From assembly GCA_022605425.2 (NCBI GenBank), contig CM061248.1, forward strand, positions 1,302,001-1,366,000: a stretch of 64,000 nucleotides of DNA, in the 5' to 3' direction. Shown one piece after another: positions 49,450 to 62,500 of the stretch. Numbering within the stretch: position 1 is the first letter of the stretch; each line of letters starts with the position of its first letter. Below the pieces are notes generated by a model. That model searched no databases. It had not been told where the DNA came from and worked only from the letters and a program-made list of their open reading frames with translations. A program made the translations under genes and the position numbers. Source of the stretch: Hamiltosporidium tvaerminnensis FI-OER-3-3. Its lineage: Eukaryota > Fungi > Microsporidia.

Positions 49450-50823
49450 ATGAATAAGAAAACATTAGAAGATATACAATTAACCAATAAAAGAATATTT
49501 CTCCGAGTAGATTATAATATACCAACCACATATATCAACAATACACACCAAATCCAGGATACATATCGTATTATTTCTACTATTCCAACCATTAAATACA
49601 TTTTATGCCGAAATCCTAAATTACTTGTTATTGGCACACATTTTGGTAGGCCGAAGGGTAATTTTAAAAAAGAATTATCACTTAATTTTCTTCCACCTTT
49701 TCTTGAACAGCTTCTTCATCTACAAGTAGAATTTTCACAGTTAAGCGAATTAGAAAATAAACTCATGGATGAGAAATTAGACAAAAATATCACTGAAAAT
49801 AAAATAGATAATGAAGGTAAGAGTAATAATGCATTAGAAAGGAATGTAAATGATGATAATGAATCAGACAATGAGGACTTATATAAAACTAAATCATGTA
49901 GTAGCCGAGCAAATAATAATAGAATAATTCTCCTTGAAAATCTTCGTTTTTACATGTCAGAAGAAAACGAAGGTGAGAATTTAGAAGAATACAGAAAATA
50001 TTTCACCAAAAACTTTGATATAACCGTTGTTGACGCATTTGGTGTCCTACACAGAAAAGTAAATTCAATACAAACACCAACACGTGTATGTGGGTTACTC
50101 CTTAAAAAAGAGTTAGAAATGTTAGAATATTTAAAAAATTTTGATTTACTCATTATTGGTGGAAGCAAAGTAACCGACAAAGTGGTATTCTTAAAAAATA
50201 TTATGAAAAAATGTAAAAAAGTCTATGTTGTAGGGAAGATGTGTTATGTGTTTATCAAAGTATTATCAAGTAATATTATTAATACAAATACTAGTAGCGA
50301 AGAGGAAAAAGATATATTAAGTGCTAAAGAGGTATTACAAGTGGCAGATAAATTTAGTGTCAAAGTTTATTTACCAAAAGATTTCCTAGTAAAAGAAAAA
50401 AAATGTAGAGACAGTGAATGTAGCAGTAACTGTAAAGAAGGTATAGATAATAAAAAAGAATGTATTTCTTACCAATATGTTGAAAGAATAGAACCAGAAC
50501 AACAGGGTGTAGATATTGGAATGAAAAGTATAGATGAATTATGTGGCTTAATAAGAACAAGTAAGAGTGTATTTTGGAATGGACCTGTTGGTATTTACGA
50601 AGAGAAAAAAAGTAGTTTCGGAACAGAAAGGGTGGTAAAAGAAATGGAAAAAATAAAAGAAAGTGGAGGTGTTAGTATAGTGGGTGGTGGTGATACTGTA
50701 TGTGCAGTTGGTATGTTTGGGGATAAAGAAAATTTTAGTTACGTTTCTACTGGTGGAGGTGCTTTGTTAAAATGCTTAGAAGGAAGTGAAATGCCAGGAT
50801 TGAATTCTATTGAAGACAAATGA
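49450..50823 (+). CDS. PGK1: Phosphoglycerate kinase
   Basis: LRVDYNIP, THFGRP, LLENLRF, DAFG.LHR, GGSKVTDK, WNGPVG.YE, GGGDT, YVSTGGGA. CCC motifs directly before the ATG. Confidence 0.97.
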   Translation: MNKKTLEDIQLTNKRIFLRVDYNIPTTYINNTHQIQDTYRIISTIPTIKYILCRNPKLLVIGTHFGRPKGNFKKELSLNFLPPFLEQLLHLQVEFSQLSELENKLMDEKLDKNITENKIDNEGKSNNALERNVNDDNESDNEDLYKTKSCSSRANNNRIILLENLRFYMSEENEGENLEEYRKYFTKNFDITVVDAFGVLHRKVNSIQTPTRVCGLLLKKELEMLEYLKNFDLLIIGGSKVTDKVVFLKNIMKKCKKVYVVGKMCYVFIKVLSSNIINTNTSSEEEKDILSAKEVLQVADKFSVKVYLPKDFLVKEKKCRDSECSSNCKEGIDNKKECISYQYVERIEPEQQGVDIGMKSIDELCGLIRTSKSVFWNGPVGIYEEKKSSFGTERVVKEMEKIKESGGVSIVGGGDTVCAVGMFGDKENFSYVSTGGGALLKCLEGSEMPGLNSIEDK

Positions 50824-51004
50824 AATAAAAGATTTCATTGTAAATATTTGATAATTCTTTCATTCTTTAGTTAAAATATTGGTTTAGATTTGCATCAAAA
50901 TTAGCTTAATTCTTTACTTAAAGAAATTAAAGCTATAAATTTATTCCTAACGTTTTAATTTGATTTTAAATTCAAAATAATCTCAAAATAATTTATTTTT
51001 ATAA

Positions 51005-51705
51005 ATCAGATCTTTTTGAAAATATGGCAAGTGTTATATTGTTTTCATGACTTTGACGCAGTCCTAGATTTAACATAAAACATGGTACCTCAAACTCAAT
51101 AAATACTCCCTCGATATCTAAAACCCAATGCCCTTCATTAAAAGGATCTATAGAACGATATTAATAAACAAGGCACTTGCCCGGAATTCGTAGATATCTA
51201 TAGTATACGCAGAGAAGGTAGTCGAGGCCTACTGAGCTCCTCAAGACCATGCAGCATTCCCACTTACTCTACACTTTCCTAGCCTAATAAATTTTAAGCT
51301 AAGATATATCTCGGCAACTTACATGAGTTTTACTTAGACGATGAGATGTCATACCAACTGGTAGAACCTGCTAATCACTTTTCGCCTTTACATGGGTTTT
51401 ATTTTTAAACCTCACAAGGGCTAAGTCTTTTAAATAGAGTGAGAAAGGCTTGGTTTCCGTGCTTTTACATAGCGATTACCCACAGGTTTGGTCATAGCCT
51501 GCAATCTAGTTACTAAAAAAGTACAAAAATATTTTTAATGAAAGTTTCGCGTATTGTTGATTTCTCCTCTTCATATAAATCCCATAGCAACTGAAAATTT
51601 AGTGTGGTTTTATTTCCACTAAAATCCAAAGAAAAATTCACATATCAATTCACCTATTCATTACCAAGCAGATAGTGATATTTTTGTGGCAATACACCTT
51701 CTATC
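51005..51705 (-). mobile_element. Diverged full-length copy of the ~720-nt structured non-coding repeat family
   Basis: TGGCAAGTGTTATATTGTTTTCATGAC, ATGCAGCATTCCCACTTACTCTA, TAGTGTGGTTTTATT and CATTACCAAGCAGA are reverse complements of family motifs. Confidence 0.9.
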
Positions 51706-52469
51706 ACAGTGTAAAAAGAAATAAATATATATTTTGATGGTATTTTTAGTAAATTATGCCAAAATTAAATGTTTTCTGATGCAATATGATTAAATTTTCT
51801 AACGAAAAAAGAAAGCATATATATTTAAGAAAAAAATTATATTCCGAAAATTTATAAGCGCTCTATCTTTCTAAGAAAAATTTGAAATAATATGACGTCT
51901 TTATCTACCTTTTTTTGAAGTTAATTGAAAAATACGAAAATTTCATAATATTTATTGCATTTAACACATCCAAAACACCAAAGCAGACGGCTTTACGATG
52001 AAAGAGTGATATTCGTATGTAATATACCATTACAGTGGAATTTTTTAACAAAAAAATATAATATATAATTGAAAGTTCAGCTGCTATATATTTTTAATAT
52101 TCGGAAGTAAGCAAACTTCTAAGAAGGAAGAATTATAAGGCATTTTCATACTTTTTATTTGTCTTTGACTAAAGATTTTTATAACAACAAACGATGCAAT
52201 CTTCAGTTCAATAATACCGAAATGGGTTTTCTAAGCCTCGTACTTTCTTTATATAAGCGTTGATCTTTAAATAGAATATCAAATCACGTTCATTAAAACC
52301 CTCAAGTTATCTTTGAAAAGTTTTTTTATTAACACTGCTTTGTTGTATGTACTGTCAAAATAAAAAAAGTGAGTACAATTCAAAAATATAATTGCTTTTT
52401 CGGCATCATTTCTTTAAATTGTAGTCGAAAGATATTTCTTAATCTTTAAATACAATTTTATAGTAAATT

Positions 52470-55240
52470 TTGCAGTCAAAGAGACATTATATAAATTTCA
52501 AAGTTAAGCGAATTAATTATACCAAATACTCTTTCAATAAATTGATAAAAAGTTATTTCATGCTGATTTTGCTTTTCTCGTGCTTTTGTATTTTACCTGA
52601 AAATCAAAAAAACCAAGGGCTTGTAATATATCCCATAATAACCGAAAATGCATATATTGAGCATAAAATTGGCAAAGTAGATAATCCTATAATAGAAAAT
52701 AGAATATATAGTATTTACGATTGGTGGAAGGAGGATAACCACATAAAAAACTTTCTGCTTGGCAATGAGTGTGTGAAACGGGTGTGAGGCCATTGTTTGG
52801 ATTTTTGGTGGGAATAAAACCACACTACATCTTCGGTTGTTCCATGGGAGTTGTTATGAGGAGAAGATGTCTACAAAATAGCGAAACTTTTTCTACAAAT
52901 TTATTTGTAGTTTTTTATGTAACCAGATTACAGACCACGGTTGAACTTAGGTAATTGCCATATAAAAGCATGGAAACCTAGCTTTGCAAACTCTTGTTGG
53001 AAGACTTAGTGCCTATGAGATATAAAAATATAACCCGTTAAAAGCAGGGAGAGATAAGTAGCAGGTTATACCTGTTGGTATGCCATTGCACTGTTTAGGT
53101 GGACCCCATATAAATCTCTGAAATATATCTTAGCTAGAAGTTTATTGGGTTCGGAAAGTTTAGAGTAAGTGGGAATGCTGCATAGTCTTGGGAGAGCCCG
53201 GGGGGCTTCGGCCTTCGATCACACTTCATGCAACGGACATTGACGAACTTCGGGCAACTGCATCGCCTAGTAATTAGGTTCTACACACCTGGTAGATGAA
53301 AGGCTTTAGGATGTAGGTATCGCAGGGGTTACTGATGGAGTTTTTGGGTAGCAGTTATTTATGTTAAATCTAGAACTGCGTTAATGAATGAAAACAAATA
53401 TAAAACTTGCCACTATTTTAAAAAGATGTGATACTTTTAAATAAACTAATATTTACGATTGCACATAAGAATCCAAACGAAAAAAGACAACGTGGATTGT
53501 TAATTTTTATTCTGATCATATTAAAAATTACACAGATAAATATTTACATGAAGTTTTATTAGATTTAACTACCATAGTTTCTATAATACGTTGTGCAGTT
53601 GATCCGGAAAATAATATGAAGTTTAGGCTTGAATTTTCGGGTAACATTATTCTATTTTGAAGTTTCAACGAGATATATAGAGAGAATCTTGAATTTAAAT
53701 TAATTTTTAACAATCTTTTAAAAAAGTTTTTCGAGTATCAGGTAAGAAATTTTGCAGAGATAGAAGCAGTCAAGATATTAAAGCGCGTATCATGGAAAAT
53801 GTTTCCTCAACTATTCACAGTAAATCATTATTGTAAAAAAGATTCTTGTAAATTTAATTCTAATATATTTAAAAAGATTGGGTTAAATTTCGATTTTGCC
53901 CCGGAATAGTAGTTTGACCATAAAAATATTTTTACGAGGCCTCTTTTGAAAGTCTAGTTTCTTTTTTTATCGGTTAAATATTATAATACAGAGAAATACT
54001 TAAAGTGTACATACTTCACTTTTATAGTCGTGAAAAGCTTTTGATTGAATTAGATGAATTTTCATTGGTTTCATTCATGTGCGGAGAAGTTTTATTCACA
54101 AAAAGTTTTTATAATCAACTCGATTATGATTTGTGCAAAAAAATGATGGAATGCATTTCTGATCCAATAATTAAAAAAATTATAATCCGTGGAGATCAAT
54201 TTTAGGATATATTAGATTTTAAAATGTATGAATTAATGATATGGCGATTCCAAACAATCAGAATTATCCAAAAGAATTTATTGAACTATTTGTGGAAAAT
54301 CCTAGAAGAAATAAACTTATTTCAATTTATGAAATTTTAATTAATATAAGCAAAGTAGAATATCATAAATATATTTCAGATGTAATTTGTATAAAAGTTT
54401 TTTTTTTGAAGAAGAATTGACAGACAGAGAAATAATTTAGAGAATAATTATTGAATTTTTGTTTTTAACGTATATATATAATGAAATTAATAAGTGTAAA
54501 AATACAGAGAGATTGAAATCAAATGAGAATAAATTTCAATAATTTTAGCTTTCATCCTACTCATATCATGATACAATACATGATAATGCAAGGTAAATAC
54601 CTCACTTCAACATATATCGCTAAAGGCTGCGAATTTGATTGATATATTGATACAATTTGAAACTTTTTTTTGGATAAATTGAATGAAGCAATAATAACAG
54701 AATTCTTAAAAACATTAATTTCGACATCTGACGATGAAAATTAGGTAAATACTTTTTTTATTAAGTTTAAATAATCGCAAACCAATAGTGCTCCACTACT
54801 GAGCAACATTAAAAAAAAGTCAATAGTAAACCAATAATTATTCATGATGAATACACGACAAAATGGAGAAAGAAAAATGCTAAAATGTGTTAAAAAACCA
54901 CACCGGGAACATTCAGGCAAAATATTGGCAAAATAGATGGAACTTATGGCATTGGATATTTTACTAAATGAAATAGAATCTAGGGTACTTACTGATATCA
55001 GGAAGAGACAAATTACTTAAGAGCAAAGAAAATGGAAAATATTGTACGAGTGAAAATAAAAAATTATTTGAACAAAATCTTACAAGATGATAACTTGAAA
55101 ATCAAAATACTACGCATAATACAAGAATATCTGGCGAATAAACTGATTCAGAACATATTATTTCTGAATATGATTCACAAGAAAGTATGGGCGAAAGTAT
55201 GGGCAAAAGTATGTAAGAACAATGAAAAATATATTTAAAC
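52470..55240 (+). pseudogene. Secreted-protein-type pseudogene interrupted by the 52724 element
   Basis: MLILLFSCFC...IENRIYSIYD precedes the insertion. The same frame resumes after the second TSD (CT*ESKRKKTTWIVNFYSDHIKNYTDKYLHEVLLDL...). Later fragments at 54005 and 55032. The 3' extent is uncertain. Confidence 0.6.
52724..53449 (+). mobile_element. Full-length structured non-coding SINE-like element
   Basis: Same 5' start (GTGGA.GGAGGATAACC) as the 32444 copy. 12-bp TSD TATTTACGATTG at 52712-52723 and 53450-53461. TAAATAAACTAA tail. Confidence 0.9.
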
Positions 55241-55574
55241 ATAAAATTTTTGTTAAGTTTTTACATTCAAAAAATATGTTTTTTTATTCGTGGCATTCAT
55301 TTACTATTTTAGGGTATTTTTGTAAAAAAATAAAAGTTTGTTTTTTAGACCGTTTTATGTCTTTATTTTGATTCAATTCTTAACAAATAAAAACTTTATT
55401 CCCCTTTTAGGAAAATAGAATGATAAAATAAAATCTTAACTAATCAAAGCTTCTTTTTAATGCACGAAATGTAATTAAATTAAGAAATAAATGAATAGAG
55501 AATAGAGTGAAACTATAATTTATCTGCTCGATTATAAGCTTGTGAAAATATTGTTTGGATTTGTTTTTGTGGAT

Positions 55575-55710
55575 ATAAACAAACTGAATCCATAGGCCGA
55601 TCTCCTAAAATCCCAAGTTACATTGGATAAAAAGAAACATATGGAAAACCTCCATTTGTTAATCCTCGATCCCGAAAGCAATAAAGAAACGGAATAAGCA
55701 AATAAGTAAA
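55575..55710 (+). repeat. Short interspersed repeat, homologous to 58605-58745
   Basis: AAAAGAAACA(T/G)ATGGAAAACCTCCATTTG(T/C)T(A/T)ATCCTCGA is shared between the two copies. Confidence 0.7.
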
Positions 55711-56399
55711 ATAAAGCAAAAAAAATAAATAGAAAAGAAATGATAGGATATTAAAACAGATTTAATAATAACTAGATATATCTCAATAATATCTTTCGAA
55801 AAATCAAAGTGTATGCAATTAAAAACCTGCCATGTTGATTGTGAAATATAAATAGTTGAACATAAATAAGCTTATTCGTCAAAAGAATTCTCGATTTACA
55901 TGATTAAATGGTTAAAAAAATAAATTATGTGATTCAGATTTTAGAAAGAAAAAAATATCAAGTCCAAAGCGCTTATATAAACAATTCAAAAAAAACATTC
56001 ATTGCTATTATAAAGAACTCGAGTGGTTTAACATCCACATGATTATTTGAATTTGGCTATACCGGAATAGAATAACTAAAACATCTTTACAATAAAAACA
56101 TAATGTACTAATTTCAAAAGTATGAGTGTGTAAATATTCCTAATTATAGTCTTTCCCACCTATGTGTTTTCTTAGCGAAGCCAAGTCATAAATTTAATAC
56201 AAAAATTATATATATTTCCAAAAGGTACAATCATAGTAGAATTTAACTAATGCTGTTACATTTTAAAACTTACAGATTAACACAGCCCAAACAGCGAAGT
56301 AACTTTTTTTACACCAATTTGAATTTAAATTTTTTTTATAAAATTATTTTTGGTTATATATTCATCAAAATACAAATTTTAAACTGTAATTTTTGATTT

Positions 56400-58390
56400 T
56401 AGACCATTTAATATTGACATTATAATTATAGCAAAAATATTGATGTATAAAGGTTTTTTATTCAGTAAAGATATAACCAGGAAATTGAATTCGATTTGCA
56501 AAAGCATGTGCTCAATCCAAATATTAAAAATATTTTTTTTTCCTAAAATCGATATTGAAATTTATTATTACAAAAAAGTTAAATATAAAATCTTTAAACT
56601 AACTTTTTTTTGTAAATATACCAACACGCTCCTACAATACCCACTATAAAAGATAAGAACGGTATTATGAAGTAAAGTGACAACTCTATACTTCCAAAAT
56701 TTTTAGAATTATTCTCTTTCTTGGTTTTTGATTTTTTTGGTACAAGAGGTATAAATATATTTTTTTTTCTGCAAGATTAAGTGTTGAGCTTTCTTTATGA
56801 AAAACAAATAAAACAAACATTTTCTCAGTTTCATCAAGTTTATAACTGAGGTTTTCCTCGAAATTATTTTGCTTGTTATTTAGATTCTCTAATATCAGTT
56901 GGTTTAAGTGGTTTTTGTAATCAGCATTTGTAAAAAAACGTACAAAACATATATTTCAGATAAAGCCGAAGTTTGAGGCAAAACACGGCCGTTTAAAGTA
57001 TAAAAAGCAATATTTTTATCCGTATCTATATAGTCTTGATTAAGATATGTTTTTATTGCGTTTATAAAGGACATTCTATATTTTTTAGATCCTCATTCAC
57101 TTCTTTTTTTTCACATTCTGTTTTAGAAACATCAGAAAGAAATAAAATTTCATTAATAACTCTAAAAATTCATTCTTTGCTCAAATTTATTTCTTGATAG
57201 TAAAATGCTATATACTTAATACAGCGGAGATATATTTATGGTATTCCTTTTTGGTTAATTCCTTCAAAAATACATTTAAACCATTTATATATTTAAGCTT
57301 CGTCTCTTCAATAAATAATTTTACAAATTCGATCGAAATATCTTAATCTATCGGCTTGATATCAGAATGAATTTGATTTATATCTAATTCATAAATTTTA
57401 ATTACCCAGTCTTAATTTCTTAAAATTTTATTCAGAACCGAGTTAGAAACACATCCTATAACTTCTTTGTTTAATTTATAATTCAAATATTTATAAATCT
57501 CCTTTTTTAAATATTCCTCAGTAGTAGTTACTTCTGTTATAAAATATTCATCGATATTTATGATTAATCTATCATATTTTGTACTTATATAAAATTTTTC
57601 TGATCTATTGGCTCTAAAGAAAAGAGATTTGAGTGTCAGAAAAAAAGAAAAAAAACCTTCAAGTGTTGCATTAGATAGATATATACGCAGTTTTTCAAAT
57701 GCACACTGAGAATTTTCGTTGTATTTTATGTCTATAGTCTGTAATACAGTCTAATCTAATGAATCTAGCACATAGAAGCTGTTTGCCAGCGCCTGAAATA
57801 TTTCTGCGGCTTGATTCTGCATAATATTGTCTTCATTGTCAATCCAACTTCTCAAATAATTTGAATTATACTCCCAAACAATATTTTGCAGCTCAGCTCT
57901 AAAATCTCTAGGTATTTTGTACATTTCAAATTTTTTTTCCAAATGTTATCAGAATAAATAAAAGTTCTGGTCTATATTTTTTTAAATCTTCTGTACCATC
58001 AGCATATACAATCGAACAAATCAAAGTTGTAAAATATATAAGAAAGAATGAAGATTTGGCTCTGTATATATTTTTATTTTTTCATAATAAAAACATGCAA
58101 CATTAGTCATTTCTTCGTATCTTATGATATCAACACCGAGTTTCATCCTAGACAGACATTCTGTAATCTTTTTATTGCTTTTAATTTCATAAGAGAGTTC
58201 GAAATGTATGTTTTTTTTAGTTATTGTATCCTCCAAATATTGGTATATTCAAATTCCGGGTGAGATGCTGCTAAACATATAAATTTGAAAAAAAAAAAAC
58301 ATTTGGATAAATTTTATATTAAATTTTATCATATAAAATGTAATAAAAAAAGGAATTGTTTTTCCAATTATTTCTTTGATTGTTTCATGA
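56400..58390 (-). pseudogene. Probable fragmented secreted-protein gene
   Basis: Same-strand ORF fragments 58021-58236 and 57751-57942 with coding-like flanks. Boundaries are approximate. Confidence 0.45.
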
Positions 58391-58604
58391 TTAATCATTT
58401 CTATTGGTAGTTTTTAAAGGTTAAATCAAAATTTGTTTTTTTAGAAATCAAATTTCTGTAACAGTCATTGGTTCATTTAATCAATAATAAATTTTGTTTA
58501 CGTAAACAATATTTTTCTTAATTTTTAAAAAATATTAAATTCAATGAAAATAATTTATTTCTAGCCACTTAGAAAGAAACATTCATTCCAAACCAAATGT
58601 TTCA

Positions 58605-58745
58605 TACTTACTTATATATTTCAACCCTCTTTTACCTCTTGGTGTCGAGGATAAGCAAATGGAGGTTTTCCATCTGTTTCTTTTAATCTGCTGTAACTCG
58701 GGATTATAAGAAATTGGCCTGTAGATTCGGTGTGATTTAATTTCG
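58605..58745 (-). repeat. Short interspersed repeat with TAAGTAAGTA tail (non-LTR 3'-end-like)
   Basis: Homologous to 55575-55710. The minus strand reads ...RNRWKTSICLSSTPRGKRG, then TAAGTAAGTA. Confidence 0.65.
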
Positions 58746-59593
58746 AACACAATGGCAATAAAAATTTTCATACGATCTATGTACACATTTTAAACAGATG
58801 GTTTTTAATGTGGGTATTCACCCGCATCCTTCAAATTTTTATAATAAATTTTATTCTAAGTTTCATAATATACCAAAAATAATACGACATATTTTTTGAT
58901 AACTTGACAATAAATACACCATAAAATTTACATTTACACAAAAATTCAAAGTTTAAAACAATCGTTCAAAAATATTTCATCAACATTTTGCTACAAGCTT
59001 TTTTTAGGAACATCAAAAATAAAATTTGCAAAAATTATAAACCAACAAATCATCGCAGATAAAATAAAAACCAATTTTAATATTATTTTACATAATTGAA
59101 TCTAAAACTATACCACCTAGATTTTATAATTTCCTTGAATCTTTGTTATAGTAAAAATCAATTTTTTTTATTATTTTACCAAACTTTACTTAGTTGTTAA
59201 AAAAAATAATTTAAACTATACATTTCTTTTTAAATTGTTTTCTTCTTCAAAAACGTTTTTCAGTTGATCAAAAATCAATTTATTCATAAAAAAGATTTGA
59301 TTGGTTCCATATGAAATTATATATTTCGTCAGATAAAATTTCGAATTGATAAACTAAAAACTTTTATTTTTACGAAAATATTGCTTACAAATAATTTCTT
59401 ACAATTAATTGAACATAAAAAAGTGATAATTTAAATATTTTAGGTAAAAAAAAGAGTTATTGCACAGAATTTGTAAATCTCAAAAATTTTTATTTATAAA
59501 ATAGCTTATCCGCCACGCGTTTCAGTGATAATAAAAGAAAGTCAATTCAGGTATATAATAAAAAAAAATAAAACATTGTTTTATTAGTTTGAA

Positions 59594-62500
59594 ATATGGG
59601 TAGAAAGAAAAATGTTAGCAGCGAAATATCGAATAATACCAAAATAAAGGCTGCAAACGACGCTGATGAGGTGAAAAAGAGTGATAGTGAGATACAAAAA
59701 TGTAAGCTACACCCACCGGCGATTCCCCTACCTTCCTCCTCCTACACAACAATAACACCTCCACCACCAAGCCAAACATGCAGTAAAATGCAAAATAGTG
59801 GGCTTGACACCTTACCTTCGCCTAATGCACCAGTTCCCTCTTCGGTTGAAGTCTCTGCGTGCGAGCCATCGTACGACATGACAAGCCCCTGTACTCTAGC
59901 TATTCCAGAAGGTAACAGGCTAATGGCATTGCGGACGATATTCGATTCCGTAACAGCCGACCCGAAGGAATGGCCTCGAATTGTTTTTTTTGCAGTACAG
60001 ACAAGGTTTGAAAGAATGCCAAGAAATGGCTGGACAGAGCTTCACAGGTACTATAATGAGAAATTCGGCTGCACTGAAACTCTCGAAGTGTTAAAAAAAT
60101 TGGCACAAAGTGAGATGGGAAAGGATGTAAAATCAGAAGAGAATGGAGAGCGACGTAGAATCGCCACTTGTCTCGCTGATACATGCACCTTGACCGACAC
60201 CACGGAGTACATAAACCTGAGAGATAAATTCTTGAGTAAAATCAAAGAAATCTCTGAGAACGAAATTGGAAAAGTGGTGGTCCGAACTAGAAAACATCCA
60301 AATGAATTGGTTGATAGTAAAGTTCTGGATCTCATTAATCGAGTAGTCGGTGAATATGCAGGAGCTCATGTACCTGAGTCAATTACGGAAGCCGCGTATA
60401 TCATGCAAGCTGCGCAGGTATGCTATGACGAGGCAACACGCAAAGAAAAGCCTAGATCCGCTTGGAAGGAAAACATAGAAAGTAAAATTTCTAAGTTAGT
60501 ACTTTCCAAAGATCTTCTCGAGAAGGCGCGTAAGCAGGAAAAGCTCTCCACTTCGGAAACGAAGAGCCTTAAGAAAATCATGCGAGAGTTTAATTTAAAC
60601 TTGAGCAGCGTAACTGATCTTTCTGAGGCTTTAGTTAAGAAGAATGAGTCTTTGAATGTTTACGAGAAAAAAATTACGATGCATGAAAGTAGGAAGCAAT
60701 TCCGAAAAGAGAATCGTATGTTTGAGCTTTTCCGAGGTCGATTTTATCGTGGGTTATCTGAGCGTGTAGAAATTGAGCATGTGGTTAGCCGTGATGAAAT
60801 TGTGAGTTTTTGGTCTACAATGTGGAACAAAAATGATGACACAGTCACGTACGATGATTATTTGATTCCATTTGTATCAGATAATCATCCGACCACGTTT
60901 CCTTCACTTGATGAATTTGTAAATATCATTAATTGGCTTCCCAATTGGAAAGCTGCTGGAATTGATGGTATTTACAATTTTTTCATTAAGAAACTTACAA
61001 CTCTTCACAAATATCTTTATGATATTGTGAAAGTTATATGTTTAGAAGGAACACCTCAAGCTGATTGGTTTTACTGCGGGCTTACGTATTTGATACCGAA
61101 AGGAATTCCACGAAGAGGCTCTGACTACAGGCCAATCACTTGTATGTCCAACCTCTACAAGTTAACGACAAAGTGTGTAACAAAGGTCGTTCAACTTGAA
61201 GTGGAAAGGCGAGGGTTGCTTGCAGAGAACCAATTAGGGGCGGTAAGAGGTGTGCAGGGAGCGAAAGAGCAGGCTCTACTGAATATTGCCTTAAATAAAG
61301 AGTATGGAAATAATCTTAAGGCAACATGGATTGATGTTAAAAAAGCTTATGATTCAATAGATCATGCTTATTTAACTCAATGCATTGAAAACCTTAATTT
61401 ACCTGATTGGATCCTGAAATTTATTAAGGTAATTATATCAAAATGGAAAATTGATATATCAGTAGGGCCTGAAAAAATCATGAGCAAGAAGATTGATAGA
61501 GGGATTCTACAAGGAGATAGTCTGTCACCTTTGTTATTTGTGTTGTGTATGGATCCATTAAGCCGAAAGCTTAATGAAAAATACACAAAAGTGACAGTAC
61601 AAACAGATGCAGAATCCCATTCTACTAATCATCTCTTGTTTATTGATGATCTTAAGCTCCTTGCAAAAGACAGCTCCACATTGAGTGCTATGACAGGCGA
61701 GGCAAAGGAATTTTTAGAGGTGATTGGCTTAGAGATTAACAAAGAGAAGTCAGCCACAAATGATACGTGTTGTGAAGATACTGCTACTCTTCTAGAAGGT
61801 GTTAGTGTTTACAAATATTTAGGAATAATAGAAGACAGCAGAGGAATCCCAACACGTAGCTCATTTGAAGAAGTACAGAGCAAACTTATATCAAGAGTTG
61901 AAAGACTTTGTCACACTAGATTAAATGCAAAAAATTTATTTTCTGCAATCAATCAACATGCGATATCGTTAATCAACTACCACATAGGAGTACTTCGACT
62001 TGAACCGGCTGACTTCTCTAAGTTAGATGATGCAGTGCGTGCGGTGTTGGTTAAAAATAAGATACATCTCCGCCCAGGATGTAAAGAGCGGTTGTATCTT
62101 CCTAGAACAGAACTTGGAAGAGGCCTACATAGTGTTGAGTTGAGAAGCGAACATATGCTTCTGCAACTCTTGGATTGTCTGGAAAAAAGTAAAGAAATAT
62201 CAACTAGACGAGCAGCAATCCTCAAGGTGGAGAATAATAATAAAACCCATCTTGCACTAATAAAAGGCTTCTTAAAAGTAAAGTACAGGTTGGTAGAAGA
62301 AGTCACTAAGAAAAGTTTAGAAGAAGCTCAACTTGCAAAACTATATAACGAAATAGAAAAACGAAAACTCCATTCAAAGTTATATAATGCAAGAAAAAAT
62401 GAGCTTGTGAGTGTTAGTGACTCTTCCAGGTGGCTAAAGAGAGGAAATATTAGGCCACGAAATGAAGCTGTGTTCTGCTATATCCAGGATAGAAATGTAT

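Noticed and set aside
59500-59552. Penelope-type hammerhead-like words on the minus strand (CTGAATTGA...GAAACGCGT)
   Set aside because: The core deviates from CUGANGA, no stems are evident, and it lies outside the TSD.
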